64,000 nucleotides of DNA from an uncultured Clostridia bacterium (GTDB lineage: Bacteria > Bacillota > Clostridia > Christensenellales > UBA1242): positions 45,677-109,676 of the forward strand of contig CALVMX010000001.1 in assembly GCA_944349415.1 (NCBI GenBank), given 5' to 3'. Positions 1 through 9,201 of the stretch are shown in pieces. The translations under genes and the position numbers were made by a program. The notes beneath the pieces were generated by a model. The model had not been told where the DNA came from. It saw only the letters and a list, made by a program, of their open reading frames with translations, and did not search any database. How positions within the stretch are numbered: position 1 is the first letter of the stretch; every line of letters starts with the position of its first letter.

Positions 1-3000
1 AATATCTGTCATTGTAAAGGAAGGCTTTTCTCCATCAAGGAAATCTGTTCCTTTCACAATTTCTATTTCATTGATTAAATTTCCATTTACATCATATGCT
101 CGAACAAGATAGGAATTTGCATTTGTAACTTCATCCCACTCCAAATACTCTTCTTCGCTAGCGTCACGATATAGGGTTATGTTTGGATTCTCATTCCACA
201 CAAGTCGGGATAAATTGATAGTGTAAGAAAGAGCGTTTGATTTAACTTTTCCACTTTCAAATGCCGTAATCTGAAGAGCATATTCGCCGTCTCCCCAAGT
301 GGACGGAAATTCAAAATAGAAATCTTCGTCTTGACCTATTATATATGTAGAAGAAGCATATTGAATAAGGTATTTAGTATTCAAGGTGTTGATGAGAGAA
401 TCAGTATTTACAAGATAGATTCCGCCATTTGTTCTTGAAAGCCCTAAACTTTCTGAAGGCATAGCCAAAATTTCATAATTTGAAACACTTTGCACTGGTT
501 GAGAAGCTAAAAAGTAAGCCTTATTGTCAGTTGAATTGTCACTAAAACTTCTGATGTATGCGGAATAAGAGACTGTTCCGCCATTTGCCAACTTTTCTTC
601 AAAAAATGAAGTCAAGTCATAACTTATAGAAGTCGAACCTTCTTCAAAACTACTGAATGGAATGGTTATTGTCTCTTCTTGCATTTCTTCGCCACTAGGC
701 GTGTAAGAAATTACGAGATCAATTCCACCAGTTGCATAACTTAAGTAGGAAGCATCTTGAAATTCAATATTTAAAGTGTGATTATAACCATTTATAGTGG
801 AAGAGTTGTAACTTATCATTTCACTATTTTGAGTTATACTTTCCAATGTGTCATTTCGATAAACAGTCACATTGCCTTCTTGAGACGGAAGATTTACTGA
901 GCTTCTTACCACAACAGAGATTTCATTATTTCCAACAGTCATATAATTTGCATATTCTTCAAAGGTAAGCTCTAATTTGAAATTTCCAGCATCAACATCA
1001 TATGCGTCATTGTAGCTTATTTGTTTAACTATTTCTCCACTGTTGCCTATAAATACATAGAAAGTTTCATTTTCTGAATAATTCCCAGAGACATATAAGA
1101 TCATTCTTGGAGTGGTCGCTGTGGCATCAATGTAATCTTCATGATTAAATTCCACATTTTCAATAGTAGGTTGTGCAAGCTTGTTTATAGTAGCCGAGCT
1201 AGTATACTTATAGACATTATATATTCCCAAATCAGATTCTAAAGTGCTGTAATAAACATTTCCACCTGCAGAGACAGAGTAAGTGCTGAGAATTGCATAA
1301 ACACTTATCGAAATTTCTCCTGACAAGAGATTATTTAGATTTTCGTCATCTAAAGAAACAACATATGAATTGCTTTTGGTTGTCACTTCTATAGTGTTAT
1401 CAGGGTTGTTACTATTTGTGAACACTATACGATATGATAGTGTTTGCAAGCTTTCACCTTCTCCAAACGGACTAAAACTTATTGTATTGTTAGAGAAAGT
1501 AACTTCGTTATTAGTTGGTGCAATGGTGGTCATTTCAGAAACGTTAAAGGAAACTTCACTTGAGTCAAGATAAAATCTTCCTTCGCTTTCATAGTCGGTT
1601 ATACCTAAATATTTAATGTTGTATGTTCCATTTTCAGAAATAGGCAAACTAAAATTGGTGTTTTTAGAAATGGTTTCACTCTCGCCAGAATTTATACTAA
1701 TAGATGCGGACTGAATGTATTGATTATCATATCTATTAGGAGTAAATTGTAAGTTGTTGTTAGAAAGAGTAACAGATGTCACTGCATCAAGCCTATGAAT
1801 CAAGATTTCATTCGACTGAGAAGATTCCAAATAATAAGGACTTGTTGCTGTTACGTAGAAAGTATAATCTTGAGAAAGAGTAAGAGATGACAAATTAAAT
1901 TGATAAGAATTTGCTGTAGAAGTAGAAATAACTCCTCTGCCCTTTTGATAAACTAAATATGTAGTATCATTTCCAAGACTGTCCCAAGACAATGTGTTTA
2001 AATCTTTATCATAGCTAATTTCCAAAGTTGGCATTTTGGATATTTCAAGTAAAGTCAAAGATGTATCACTTAAAAGTGTGCCATAATATGAATTTAAAAA
2101 GATAGAATTATTTAAAGTTTGTTGTCGGCAATAAATTCCAAATTCCACCTTGACAGCTTGTGAATAATAATTACTTAAAGTAGAATCTAAGTTTATATAA
2201 CTTATTATAGTGTCAAGGTCAATAGTATAATTAGAGGTAAGCAAAATACTTTCAATTTCTTGTTCTGCCAAAATTAAGGTTAAATCTTCGCCAGTTTTGC
2301 TGTAAGCAGTAATAGACGGATAATTTCCGGTATTATTATTTAAATCCAAGTTGGAAATTTTAAACAAGGTTTGATTATTATTTGCATCAGTAAGAATTAT
2401 ATCTAAAACAAAAACTTCAGCAAATTGATGTGTTGCCGAAAATGTTAAATCGCCATTGTTGTAAGTAAAGTTTGTTGGCCTGTCCACACGTTGAATATTA
2501 AACGTCGCCACTTCGCTATCTAAATAAATAGTATTATCTATCGGCTGAATAACATCTTCTATAATCTCTCCGCCCTTAAGCGCTACGGTGACATCTCCGT
2601 TTTCAATATCAAAAACATCTAAAGAAGTATCAACATTTGCACCTGTCTCGGTGATTGTTCCGTCTGATAAAATAATTTCTGTGACACCTTCTCTTCCACC
2701 TTCGACCGTCATAGTCTTTGTCAATTCATCGAAAATTAGTTCATCATATTCCACTCTCGCTAGTCTTTGAATGGTTACTTTAAATTCCAAACTATCAAGG
2801 TAAATTACACTATCCGTTGAATGTGCCACAACCGATAGCTCTATGCCATTAAGGGCATTGACATCAGAAAAATCGGAGTTGAGTCTATAAATCGTATATT
2901 CTTCGCCTGTTTGATAGGAAGTTACAGCACTTTCATCTTGTCCAAGTGTAACCGTTAAAGCTTCTATGTTTTCCACATTTTCCACTCGGATATAATAGCT

Positions 3001-5100
3001 TTCGGCATCCTCTTCTCCCAAAATACCATACATCACATCCACATTAGGAGTAGAAAGTTTTTCGGACAGGAAGAATATTGCTCTAAAAGTCTCAGAAGTC
3101 AAATATGAACTTTCATTTTCTGGAAGAGCAAAGATTTCAAGGTAAAAATAATTTCCAGCATCTAAAGTTATCTCATTATCACTTGTTTCAACAGGTTCAC
3201 TGAACGATAAGTCGCTTGACTCTATTTGCTCCAGCCCTAAATCATATTGGTCTTTTGAAATAACCGCATATCGCACATTATATTCTAGAGCATTAGGAAC
3301 AGCATCCCAAGAATAAATCGTGCTTTCATTATTTCCGCTAGAGCTTGTCGGTGTAGATAATTGTGTCAATGTTTTTTCGGTCGAGGAAGAAATAAAATTC
3401 TCCGCATTTGAAGCAGCCAGAAGTTTAAATGTTATCGTGGAGCTCTCAAAATATTCACTAAATAGCTCTTCAATTTTTCCAGTGAAAGTTATGATTCCAT
3501 TTTCACGAGAGAACAATGAACTGTCGACAAGTTCGTAATCTTCGCCATTTAATATGTAAAGAGAATATTCTGTTGCTCCTTCCACCAAGTTAAAGGTAAA
3601 TGTCGAGTTTTCATTGACATAAGAATGGCTTACCATTTCAGCGCCGCTAACTGCAGTAAATGGAGCAAGTTTTGTAAAAGTATACAAGTCGCTTTCGTCT
3701 GAATTTATAACATCGTATGTTAAAGAGTCGATTACCACACTCTCTTGAGAAGCGAGTTGTAAAATGGAAAGGTTATATTCGCCGCTTGTAAGATTTAAAA
3801 TGTTTTTATTTACTGTAAGGTCGGAGGCTCCAAAGCCACTTTCAAGTGAAGTGTTGTCATTTAATTTGACAACAAAATTTGTTAAAATGTTTTCGTCGGC
3901 TCTTGTAACGCTATAATTAAATGTGGTGTCATTTTCTTCATTTTCGCCTGTGCCTTGAATAGTTACCTTGCCAAGTTTATAAATCTGCTTTAAATTTTTC
4001 GCATCACTATTTGCATAGAAAACTCCGCTTTCTTCACTTTCACTTACAAGAGCTTGAGCAACAACATTATAACTGCCTTGAGGCAAATCTTCAAAAGTAG
4101 TTTCTGAATTTTCGCTAAAATTATAAGTTTTCTCGCCCAGCGTCAAAATAACTTCGTTTGCATTTTCTGGCAATGACACGCTATATCTTCCACCGTTTTT
4201 TTGGTCATAGAGATAAGTAAGTGAGGCATTAGAAATCTTATTGATAGTAACATTTTCACTTTCTACACTAATTTTCTCGCCGTTCGCATCATTAGTCGTC
4301 ACAAAAAGAGTGTAACTCCCAGCATCCAATTCGGAAAGATAATCCGTTAAATCTAAGGAATTTTCGGTTATATTTTCAGCGACGACTTGCCCATTAAAAT
4401 TAATAGTAAAGTTTGCCGAACCCACTTCCGCCCAAGATATAACTTCACTTGAAGGGTTAAAACTAAAATCTACCGCTTGAAGCTTAGGCATATATCCAAA
4501 ATACAAGGTGGTTTCACTTGCTTGTGAATTATCAAAGTAGCCTTCTCCTAGTGCGATAATGCTTATCTCATAGCGTCCTTCTTCTGTAAGCTGATAAGAG
4601 TTAGTTTGCACTGTGACAGAAGTAGTATTTGCCTCTTCGGTGTTAGGATTTGTGTATGTAATATTAAGCTGATATGAACTCGGACTGGTAAAGTTTTGAG
4701 TCTCGTCAAATTTATCTATAACATTATTCCAGGTCACAAGCCCGTTATCATCCATTTGAATATTGTCCACTTGCTCAAACGGCTTTTTAACCACAATATG
4801 CATATTATCTAAGGTATTTCCGTCATATAAAGCGTAAACGTTTGCTTGTCCGAAAGTGTTTGCTGTTAATGTCGAGTTTTCAAGTGTGAAAAAATTTGAG
4901 TTTGAAAAGACATACTCAACATCATCAATTTCAAGTTCGGAAACAGAAAGATAGTCCTCTAAATTGACTTCTTGCCCTATGGAAACAAAAATTTCCTCAC
5001 TACTAAAATTCGCCGATGGCTGTTTAAAGCTACACGCAGAAAGTACTGTGCCTAAAACTAAAGTAAATATGGTAGCAAAAACAATGCTAAACTTTTTCAT
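1..5100 (-). CDS. Very large surface lipoprotein, truncated at its 3' end by the window edge (at least 1700 aa), with FN3-like repeat modules
   Basis: ATG at 5100..5098 follows a GAGGTG RBS. The N-terminus MKKFSIVFATIFTLVLGTVLSAC is a signal peptide plus lipobox (LSAC). Spot translations, including 180..1 (ITLYRDASEEEYLEWDEVTNANSYLVRAYDVNGNLINEIEIVKGTDFLDGEKPSFTMTDI), are open in the frame ending at nt 1. The ORF track lists no minus-strand ORF starting at 5100, as expected if no stop occurs inside the window. W-x-x-V-x-x-A-x-x-Y signatures recur. Confidence 0.8.
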   Translation of the reverse strand, partial: MKKFSIVFATIFTLVLGTVLSACSFKQPSANFSSEEIFVSIGQEVNLEDYLSVSELEIDDVEYVFSNSNFFTLENSTLTANTFGQANVYALYDGNTLDNMHIVVKKPFEQVDNIQMDDNGLVTWNNVIDKFDETQNFTSPSSYQLNITYTNPNTEEANTTSVTVQTNSYQLTEEGRYEISIIALGEGYFDNSQASETTLYFGYMPKLQAVDFSFNPSSEVISWAEVGSANFTINFNGQVVAENITENSLDLTDYLSELDAGSYTLFVTTNDANGEKISVESENVTINKISNASLTYLYDQKNGGRYSVSLPENANEVILTLGEKTYNFSENSETTFEDLPQGSYNVVAQALVSESEESGVFYANSDAKNLKQIYKLGKVTIQGTGENEENDTTFNYSVTRADENILTNFVVKLNDNTSLESGFGASDLTVNKNILNLTSGEYNLSILQLASQESVVIDSLTYDVINSDESDLYTFTKLAPFTAVSGAEMVSHSYVNENSTFTFNLVEGATEYSLYILNGEDYELVDSSLFSRENGIITFTGKIEELFSEYFESSTITFKLLAASNAENFISSSTEKTLTQLSTPTSSSGNNESTIYSWDAVPNALEYNVRYAVISKDQYDLGLEQIESSDLSFSEPVETSDNEITLDAGNYFYLEIFALPENESSYLTSETFRAIFFLSEKLSTPNVDVMYGILGEEDAESYYIRVENVENIEALTVTLGQDESAVTSYQTGEEYTIYRLNSDFSDVNALNGIELSVVAHSTDSVIYLDSLEFKVTIQRLARVEYDELIFDELTKTMTVEGGREGVTEIILSDGTITETGANVDTSLDVFDIENGDVTVALKGGEIIEDVIQPIDNTIYLDSEVATFNIQRVDRPTNFTYNNGDLTFSATHQFAEVFVLDIILTDANNNQTLFKISNLDLNNNTGNYPSITAYSKTGEDLTLILAEQEIESILLTSNYTIDLDTIISYINLDSTLSNYYSQAVKVEFGIYCRQQTLNNSIFLNSYYGTLLSDTSLTLLEISKMPTLEISYDKDLNTLSWDSLGNDTTYLVYQKGRGVISTSTANSYQFNLSSLTLSQDYTFYVTATSPYYLESSQSNEILIHRLDAVTSVTLSNNNLQFTPNRYDNQYIQSASISINSGESETISKNTNFSLPISENGTYNIKYLGITDYESEGRFYLDSSEVSFNVSEMTTIAPTNNEVTFSNNTISFSPFGEGESLQTLSYRIVFTNSNNPDNTIEVTTKSNSYVVSLDDENLNNLLSGEISISVYAILSTYSVSAGGNVYYSTLESDLGIYNVYKYTSSATINKLAQPTIENVEFNHEDYIDATATTPRMILYVSGNYSENETFYVFIGNSGEIVKQISYNDAYDVDAGNFKLELTFEEYANYMTVGNNEISVVVRSSVNLPSQEGNVTVYRNDTLESITQNSEMISYNSSTINGYNHTLNIEFQDASYLSYATGGIDLVISYTPSGEEMQEETITIPFSSFEEGSTSISYDLTSFFEEKLANGGTVSYSAYIRSFSDNSTDNKAYFLASQPVQSVSNYEILAMPSESLGLSRTNGGIYLVNTDSLINTLNTKYLIQYASSTYIIGQDEDFYFEFPSTWGDGEYALQITAFESGKVKSNALSYTINLSRLVWNENPNITLYRDASEEEYLEWDEVTNANSYLVRAYDVNGNLINEIEIVKGTDFLDGEKPSFTMTDI

Positions 5101-5337
5101 AAACACCTCACAGGTTTTAGATTGAAAATTCACGCCGCACTAATTAATAATATAATAACACTTTATTAATTATTTTATCAAACAAAAATGATAAAAAATA
5201 TAAAATAATTATTTTTTCATTAATTATTCAAATTATTTATTTAAAAATCCAAATTAAAAATCTGATAAAAATAAGATATCTATTTTTCCACAATAAATAA
5301 AAATGTTTTTAAATATAAAAGCAAAAACCATAAAAAA

Positions 5338-5376
5338 GACAAAAAATATGCAAAAAATGAGTTTTTTTTGCATATT
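5338..5376 (-). terminator. Intrinsic terminator after CDS 5379..5831
   Basis: Inverted repeat ATATGCAAAAAA / TTTTTTGCATAT (5346..5375), followed on the minus strand by a U-run (plus-strand A-run 5338..5346). Confidence 0.5.
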
Positions 5377-5378
5377 TT

Positions 5379-5831
5379 TTAAATTGTTAATAATTTAATT
5401 TTAATATCTTTTAAAATTTTTTCTTCGTTTTCTTTATATGCTACAATTTTTCTCAGTTCTGTTTTGATTCTTATGTTGTCTATTTTAGATAAAACATTTT
5501 TTACATCTATAAGCCCTTTTTCCACAAGCTCCAAATCAATATCGACTATTGAGGACAAACTTTTTATATAATCTATATTTCCGCTGAGATACTTTTTAGT
5601 CGATGAATAAAATTTTGCATCTCCACCAATTTCAATAATCAGCCTGGAAAGTATATTGCAGACTTCTAATTCTAGAAGATATAATTTTTCGAAATCTTTT
5701 TCAAAATTTGGATAAAAAATAAAAATTTGATTAAATTGGTATAAAAAATGCATAAAAATCACGAAAAAACCATCATTTCCGCAGAATAAGTCTTGCAATA
5801 ATCCTTCATAATAGGAATTTTTTATCTTCAT
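5379..5831 (-). CDS. Hypothetical helical protein (150 aa)
   Basis: Complete ORF with its own terminator; no motif I can name confidently. Confidence 0.55.
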   Translation of the reverse strand: MKIKNSYYEGLLQDLFCGNDGFFVIFMHFLYQFNQIFIFYPNFEKDFEKLYLLELEVCNILSRLIIEIGGDAKFYSSTKKYLSGNIDYIKSLSSIVDIDLELVEKGLIDVKNVLSKIDNIRIKTELRKIVAYKENEEKILKDIKIKLLTI

Positions 5832-5851
5832 AACCTTTCTTATGAAAATTT

Positions 5852-6664
5852 TTAATTTATTGACACTTTATCTAACCACTTCGGAAAAATGACAAATTCT
5901 TTTCCGTCTAATCCTTCAATTCCTATATCTTGGAAAACAAGTTTATAAGCAAAAAGCTTTTGCCTTTTTTCCTTAAATTTGGCAAAATCTTCTCGCTTAC
6001 CATATTTACCATCACCGATGATCGCATGACCTAAATATGCTAAGTGTGCTCTTATTTGATGAGTTTTACCACCAATTATCTCCACTTCCAAAAGACTACT
6101 CTCCTTTTTAGCCTTTAAAGTTTTGATTTTTGTTTGAATAAGCACAGCACCTTTCATTTTATTAGGAAAAATTTTAACCAAGGCTTTTTCTGTATCCTTA
6201 ACTAGATATGCCTTGAAAGTTTTGTCAACATTAAATTCGCCGACCACTTCAGTTAAATAAAACTTTTTAATTAAATGGTTTTTAAAAGCCTTTTCAAGTT
6301 TCGCTTTAGCATCCAAAGTTTTTGCCATGACCAAAAGTCCTTCGGTGTTGCGGTCAAGCCTATGCACCGGAAAGGCATGCAAAAGTTTATCTAAGCCATT
6401 TTCCACTTCTATGCCGGCAAATTTATTTATTAACACAACCTCATCGTTTTCAAAGACAATTTCGTAAGGTTTGATTTCCTCTTTATAAAAGCAGGTCAAA
6501 ACACCTCCCACTTCCGCCTTAACATTTTCCTTGCACACCTTCCCGTTTAATTTTATATCCTTATTCCTTAGCATTTTTTGTGCAGCAGCGTATGAAAAAG
6601 AATTGTCAGCCAAAACTTCCAATATTTTCTTAGATTTTTCTACTTTTATTTCCCTTTTTATCAT
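5852..6664 (-). CDS. RluA-family 23S/tRNA pseudouridine synthase with N-terminal S4-like domain
   Basis: Catalytic motif HRLDRNTEGLLVMAKT and C-terminal KTHQIRAHLAYLGHAIIGDGKYG. The track ORF extends to a TTG at 6700. I prefer the ATG at 6664 (MIKREIKV), but no clear RBS supports any candidate start. Confidence 0.85.
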   Translation of the reverse strand: MIKREIKVEKSKKILEVLADNSFSYAAAQKMLRNKDIKLNGKVCKENVKAEVGGVLTCFYKEEIKPYEIVFENDEVVLINKFAGIEVENGLDKLLHAFPVHRLDRNTEGLLVMAKTLDAKAKLEKAFKNHLIKKFYLTEVVGEFNVDKTFKAYLVKDTEKALVKIFPNKMKGAVLIQTKIKTLKAKKESSLLEVEIIGGKTHQIRAHLAYLGHAIIGDGKYGKREDFAKFKEKRQKLFAYKLVFQDIGIEGLDGKEFVIFPKWLDKVSIN

Positions 6665-6733
6665 AATTAATATTTTAATACATTTTAGCATAATAATCAA
6701 GAATTATCGCATATCTTTTAAAAAGGGGAAAAT

Positions 6734-6985
6734 ATGGAAGAAAAAATAGTTTTAGACAATAGAAAACTTTTAACAATAATAGGTGCAACAAAGGTAGTGT
6801 CATCTACTAACACACAAGCGGTTGTTGAAGTTGGCGATACTAATGTTTTAATTTGTGGCAATGAACTTGAAGTAGTAAAACTCGACCTTGAGGATAAAGA
6901 AGTGGAATTTTCTGGAAATATAACTTCTTTCAAATATATAAACAAAAAGGAAAAAACGCCTTTACTTAAAAGGATATTTAAATAA
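6734..6985 (+). CDS. yabP: Sporulation protein YabP
   Basis: 83 aa. The N-terminal pattern LDNRKLLTIIGATKVVSSTNTQAVVEVGDTNVLICGNELEVVKLDLEDKEVEFSGNITSFKY fits the YabP family. GGGGAA RBS. One-nt TAATG overlap with the next gene, and yabP-yabQ-divIC synteny as in Bacillus. Confidence 0.8.
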   Translation: MEEKIVLDNRKLLTIIGATKVVSSTNTQAVVEVGDTNVLICGNELEVVKLDLEDKEVEFSGNITSFKYINKKEKTPLLKRIFK

Positions 6986-7362
6986 TGTTATATGAAACCT
7001 TAAATCAACCACAAATTTTTTTGTTTGTGGTATTATTTGGTTTTTTATCAGGAATTATTTTTGATTTAAAAAAAATAATAAAAAATAACATAAAAAATAA
7101 GTTTTTTGACTGTTTTTTATCATTTTTTTATCTTTTTTTATTTTTTTTAATATATTTTTTTGTAAATTTAAAACTTAACTACGGCGAATTTAGATTTTAT
7201 ATTTTAATTACCTTCTGTTTAGCCCTTTCTATCGAACGAATATTTATTGGAAATTTACTTGAAAATTTCCTTAAAAAATGCTATACTAAATTCGAAAGGA
7301 AAATTAAAAAACTATATGAAGATAAAATTAGAAAAAGAAAAAATCGAAAACTTGACAAATGA
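6985..7362 (+). CDS. yabQ: YabQ-like spore cortex biosynthesis membrane protein
   Basis: Start coupled to the yabP stop. Hydrophobic N-terminus (QIFLFVVLFGFLSGIIFDL) with several TM segments and a Lys-rich tail. Position immediately after yabP. Confidence 0.65.
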   Translation: MLYETLNQPQIFLFVVLFGFLSGIIFDLKKIIKNNIKNKFFDCFLSFFYLFLFFLIYFFVNLKLNYGEFRFYILITFCLALSIERIFIGNLLENFLKKCYTKFERKIKKLYEDKIRKRKNRKLDK

Positions 7363-7615
7363 TGAAAAAATAAATAAAAATAAAGTAAATAAAGTAAAAA
7401 AATATAGTTTTTTCAAGATTTTTACTATTATTTTATTGACTTTATTAATCATCGCTATAATAGTTGAAACCATCTATATTATTGTGCTTAATGATAAAAT
7501 CAACAAAATACAACAAGACATCGACAACATTCCAGAAGTTACTTCCGAATCTTCAAATCATTATGAAAATATTGAATACACACCTTCAAACAATTTAATT
7601 ATATGGTTTTCATAA
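7316..7615 (+). CDS. DivIC/FtsB-like bitopic septation protein (100 aa)
   Basis: Lys-rich cytoplasmic N-terminus, a single TM (FFKIFTIILLTLLIIAIIVETIYIIVL), then a short heptad-like stretch LNDKINKIQQDIDNI. It occupies the divIC position after yabP-yabQ. The ATG at 7316 is preferred over the track start 7247, which lies inside yabQ. Confidence 0.45.
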   Translation: MKIKLEKEKIENLTNDEKINKNKVNKVKKYSFFKIFTIILLTLLIIAIIVETIYIIVLNDKINKIQQDIDNIPEVTSESSNHYENIEYTPSNNLIIWFS

Positions 7616-8232
7616 ATATATTTAGACACATAACCACTATTAACAAAACTCGTTAAACCTTCACTTAAATTAAAACTGGCAAGAGTAGAAAGTATGATAA
7701 AAACAATGCTTGAAATTACCAACCCTTTAAGAAAACCCAAGAACAAACCTAGAAATCTATTGACAGGAGAAAGTCCTGTCTTTTTTATTGCAAAATTTAA
7801 AAGATATCCGATTATTCTTGTTAAAAACAAAATTAAAATGAAAACTATAAGAAAAACTACTAGACGATAAGCTATATTTGAAAGTATAGGCGAGAATACA
7901 CCTCCTAAAGTTAGCTCTCCTTGAATAGAAATACTTGAAACTAACAATTTTAAAATGGAAATCAAAACGAGATTTCCACTCAGACTTTCTAAAGTAGTCA
8001 TTAGCTCTTCTTTGTTTGAGAAAGTTCCACTTGCAAGTCCGTTTAATAAGTTTGTAAATAAATTTTGAAAAAAATCTTGTAAACCGAATAGGTTTTCTAT
8101 ATTTGAAGCAATTTTAAAAGATATAATCGCAATTAAAAAAACTCCAACAAAAGACAGGAGCATTTTTACAAATCCTCTAACGAATCCTTTTATCGAATAA
8201 AAAGCACAAATCGCCAAAAGTAAATAATCCAC
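7561..8232 (-). CDS. cvpA: CvpA-family membrane protein
   Basis: The N-terminus MDYLLLAICAFYSIKGFVRGFVKMLLSFVGVFLIAIISF is typical of CvpA. Polytopic. GTG start. Confidence 0.8.
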   Translation of the reverse strand: MDYLLLAICAFYSIKGFVRGFVKMLLSFVGVFLIAIISFKIASNIENLFGLQDFFQNLFTNLLNGLASGTFSNKEELMTTLESLSGNLVLISILKLLVSSISIQGELTLGGVFSPILSNIAYRLVVFLIVFILILFLTRIIGYLLNFAIKKTGLSPVNRFLGLFLGFLKGLVISSIVFIILSTLASFNLSEGLTSFVNSGYVSKYIYENHIIKLFEGVYSIFS

Positions 8233-8357
8233 ATTTAAATTTTTGACATAAAATTTATTTTTACTCAGAAAATTTAATGCAAAATAGTATTCTAAAAATT
8301 CTAAAAAAATTTAATTATTAAAATAATTTAAAATATCATATAAAACTGCGAAAAAAT

Positions 8358-8409
8358 ATATTAAAATAATAAAAAATTGCTAAATTTTATTGATTTTTTA
8401 GCAATTTTT
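8358..8409 (-). terminator. Intrinsic terminator of pflA (stem overlaps the last pflA codons)
   Basis: AAAAATTGCTAAA (8372..8384) pairs with TTTAGCAATTTTT (8397..8409). A U-run follows on the minus strand. Confidence 0.55.
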
Positions 8410-9091
8410 CAAGTTTTTTACATTTTTCTTTATTCATATCTAAAACATTTTCTAATCTGTAAGGTATTCCCATTTTTTTATATTTTTCTTTTGCCATGGT
8501 ATGATAAGGCAGAAGCTCCACCTTTTCAATATTTTTCAGTTTAGATGCAAATTCCTTTAACTTTAAAACACTTTCTTTTGTATCGTTGTATCCTGGCACA
8601 ATAACTTGTCTAAGCCACATTTTTTTATTCTTTTCTTGACACTTGTTTAAAAATTTATTGAACCACTCCATACTTTTTCCAGTCAATTTCCTATATTTTT
8701 CGTCATCTAATTCTTTTACGTCTAAAATGACCAAATCGCAATAGTCGAGAATTTCCTCATATTTTTCACCTGCACCAGAAGTGTCTAGACAAGTGTTGAT
8801 ATTATGCTTCTTACACTCTTTTAAAGCCTCTAAAAGAAATTTAGGTTGATGCAAGGGCTCTCCACCAGAGAATGTGACTCCTCCTTCATCGCCAAAATAT
8901 GGTTTATATTTCAAGATTTTATTTACGAGTTCCTCTGCCGTCATCTGAATTTTCTTTTCATCTGACCAAGTCTCAGGATTATGACAGTAGGCGCAACGAA
9001 GAGGACAGCCCTGCATAAAGACCACAAATCTCACGCCAGGCCCGTCCACCAACCCCATACTTTCAAAACTATCAATATTTCCTTTAACCAT
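8387..9091 (-). CDS. pflA: Pyruvate formate-lyase activating enzyme (radical SAM)
   Basis: GPGVRFVVFMQGCPLRCAYCHNPETW contains the CxxxCxxC cluster motif. Located immediately downstream of pflB. Confidence 0.95.
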   Translation of the reverse strand: MVKGNIDSFESMGLVDGPGVRFVVFMQGCPLRCAYCHNPETWSDEKKIQMTAEELVNKILKYKPYFGDEGGVTFSGGEPLHQPKFLLEALKECKKHNINTCLDTSGAGEKYEEILDYCDLVILDVKELDDEKYRKLTGKSMEWFNKFLNKCQEKNKKMWLRQVIVPGYNDTKESVLKLKEFASKLKNIEKVELLPYHTMAKEKYKKMGIPYRLENVLDMNKEKCKKLEKLLKNQ

Positions 9092-9201
9092 TTGTTTACT
9101 GATTTCTCCTAGATTTTTTTCAATTGATCAATAATATAACTAAATTTTAAATAATTTAATTCATAATTATAAAAATTAAATCAAAATTTTAATAATATTT
9201 T

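Noticed and set aside
1370-3538. Three plus-strand ORFs of 60-72 aa (1370..1573, 2588..2770, 3320..3538)
   Set aside because: They lie antisense inside the long open minus-strand frame of the lipoprotein gene (1..5100). They have TTG/GTG-type starts, no RBS and low-complexity products, so they are shadow ORFs.
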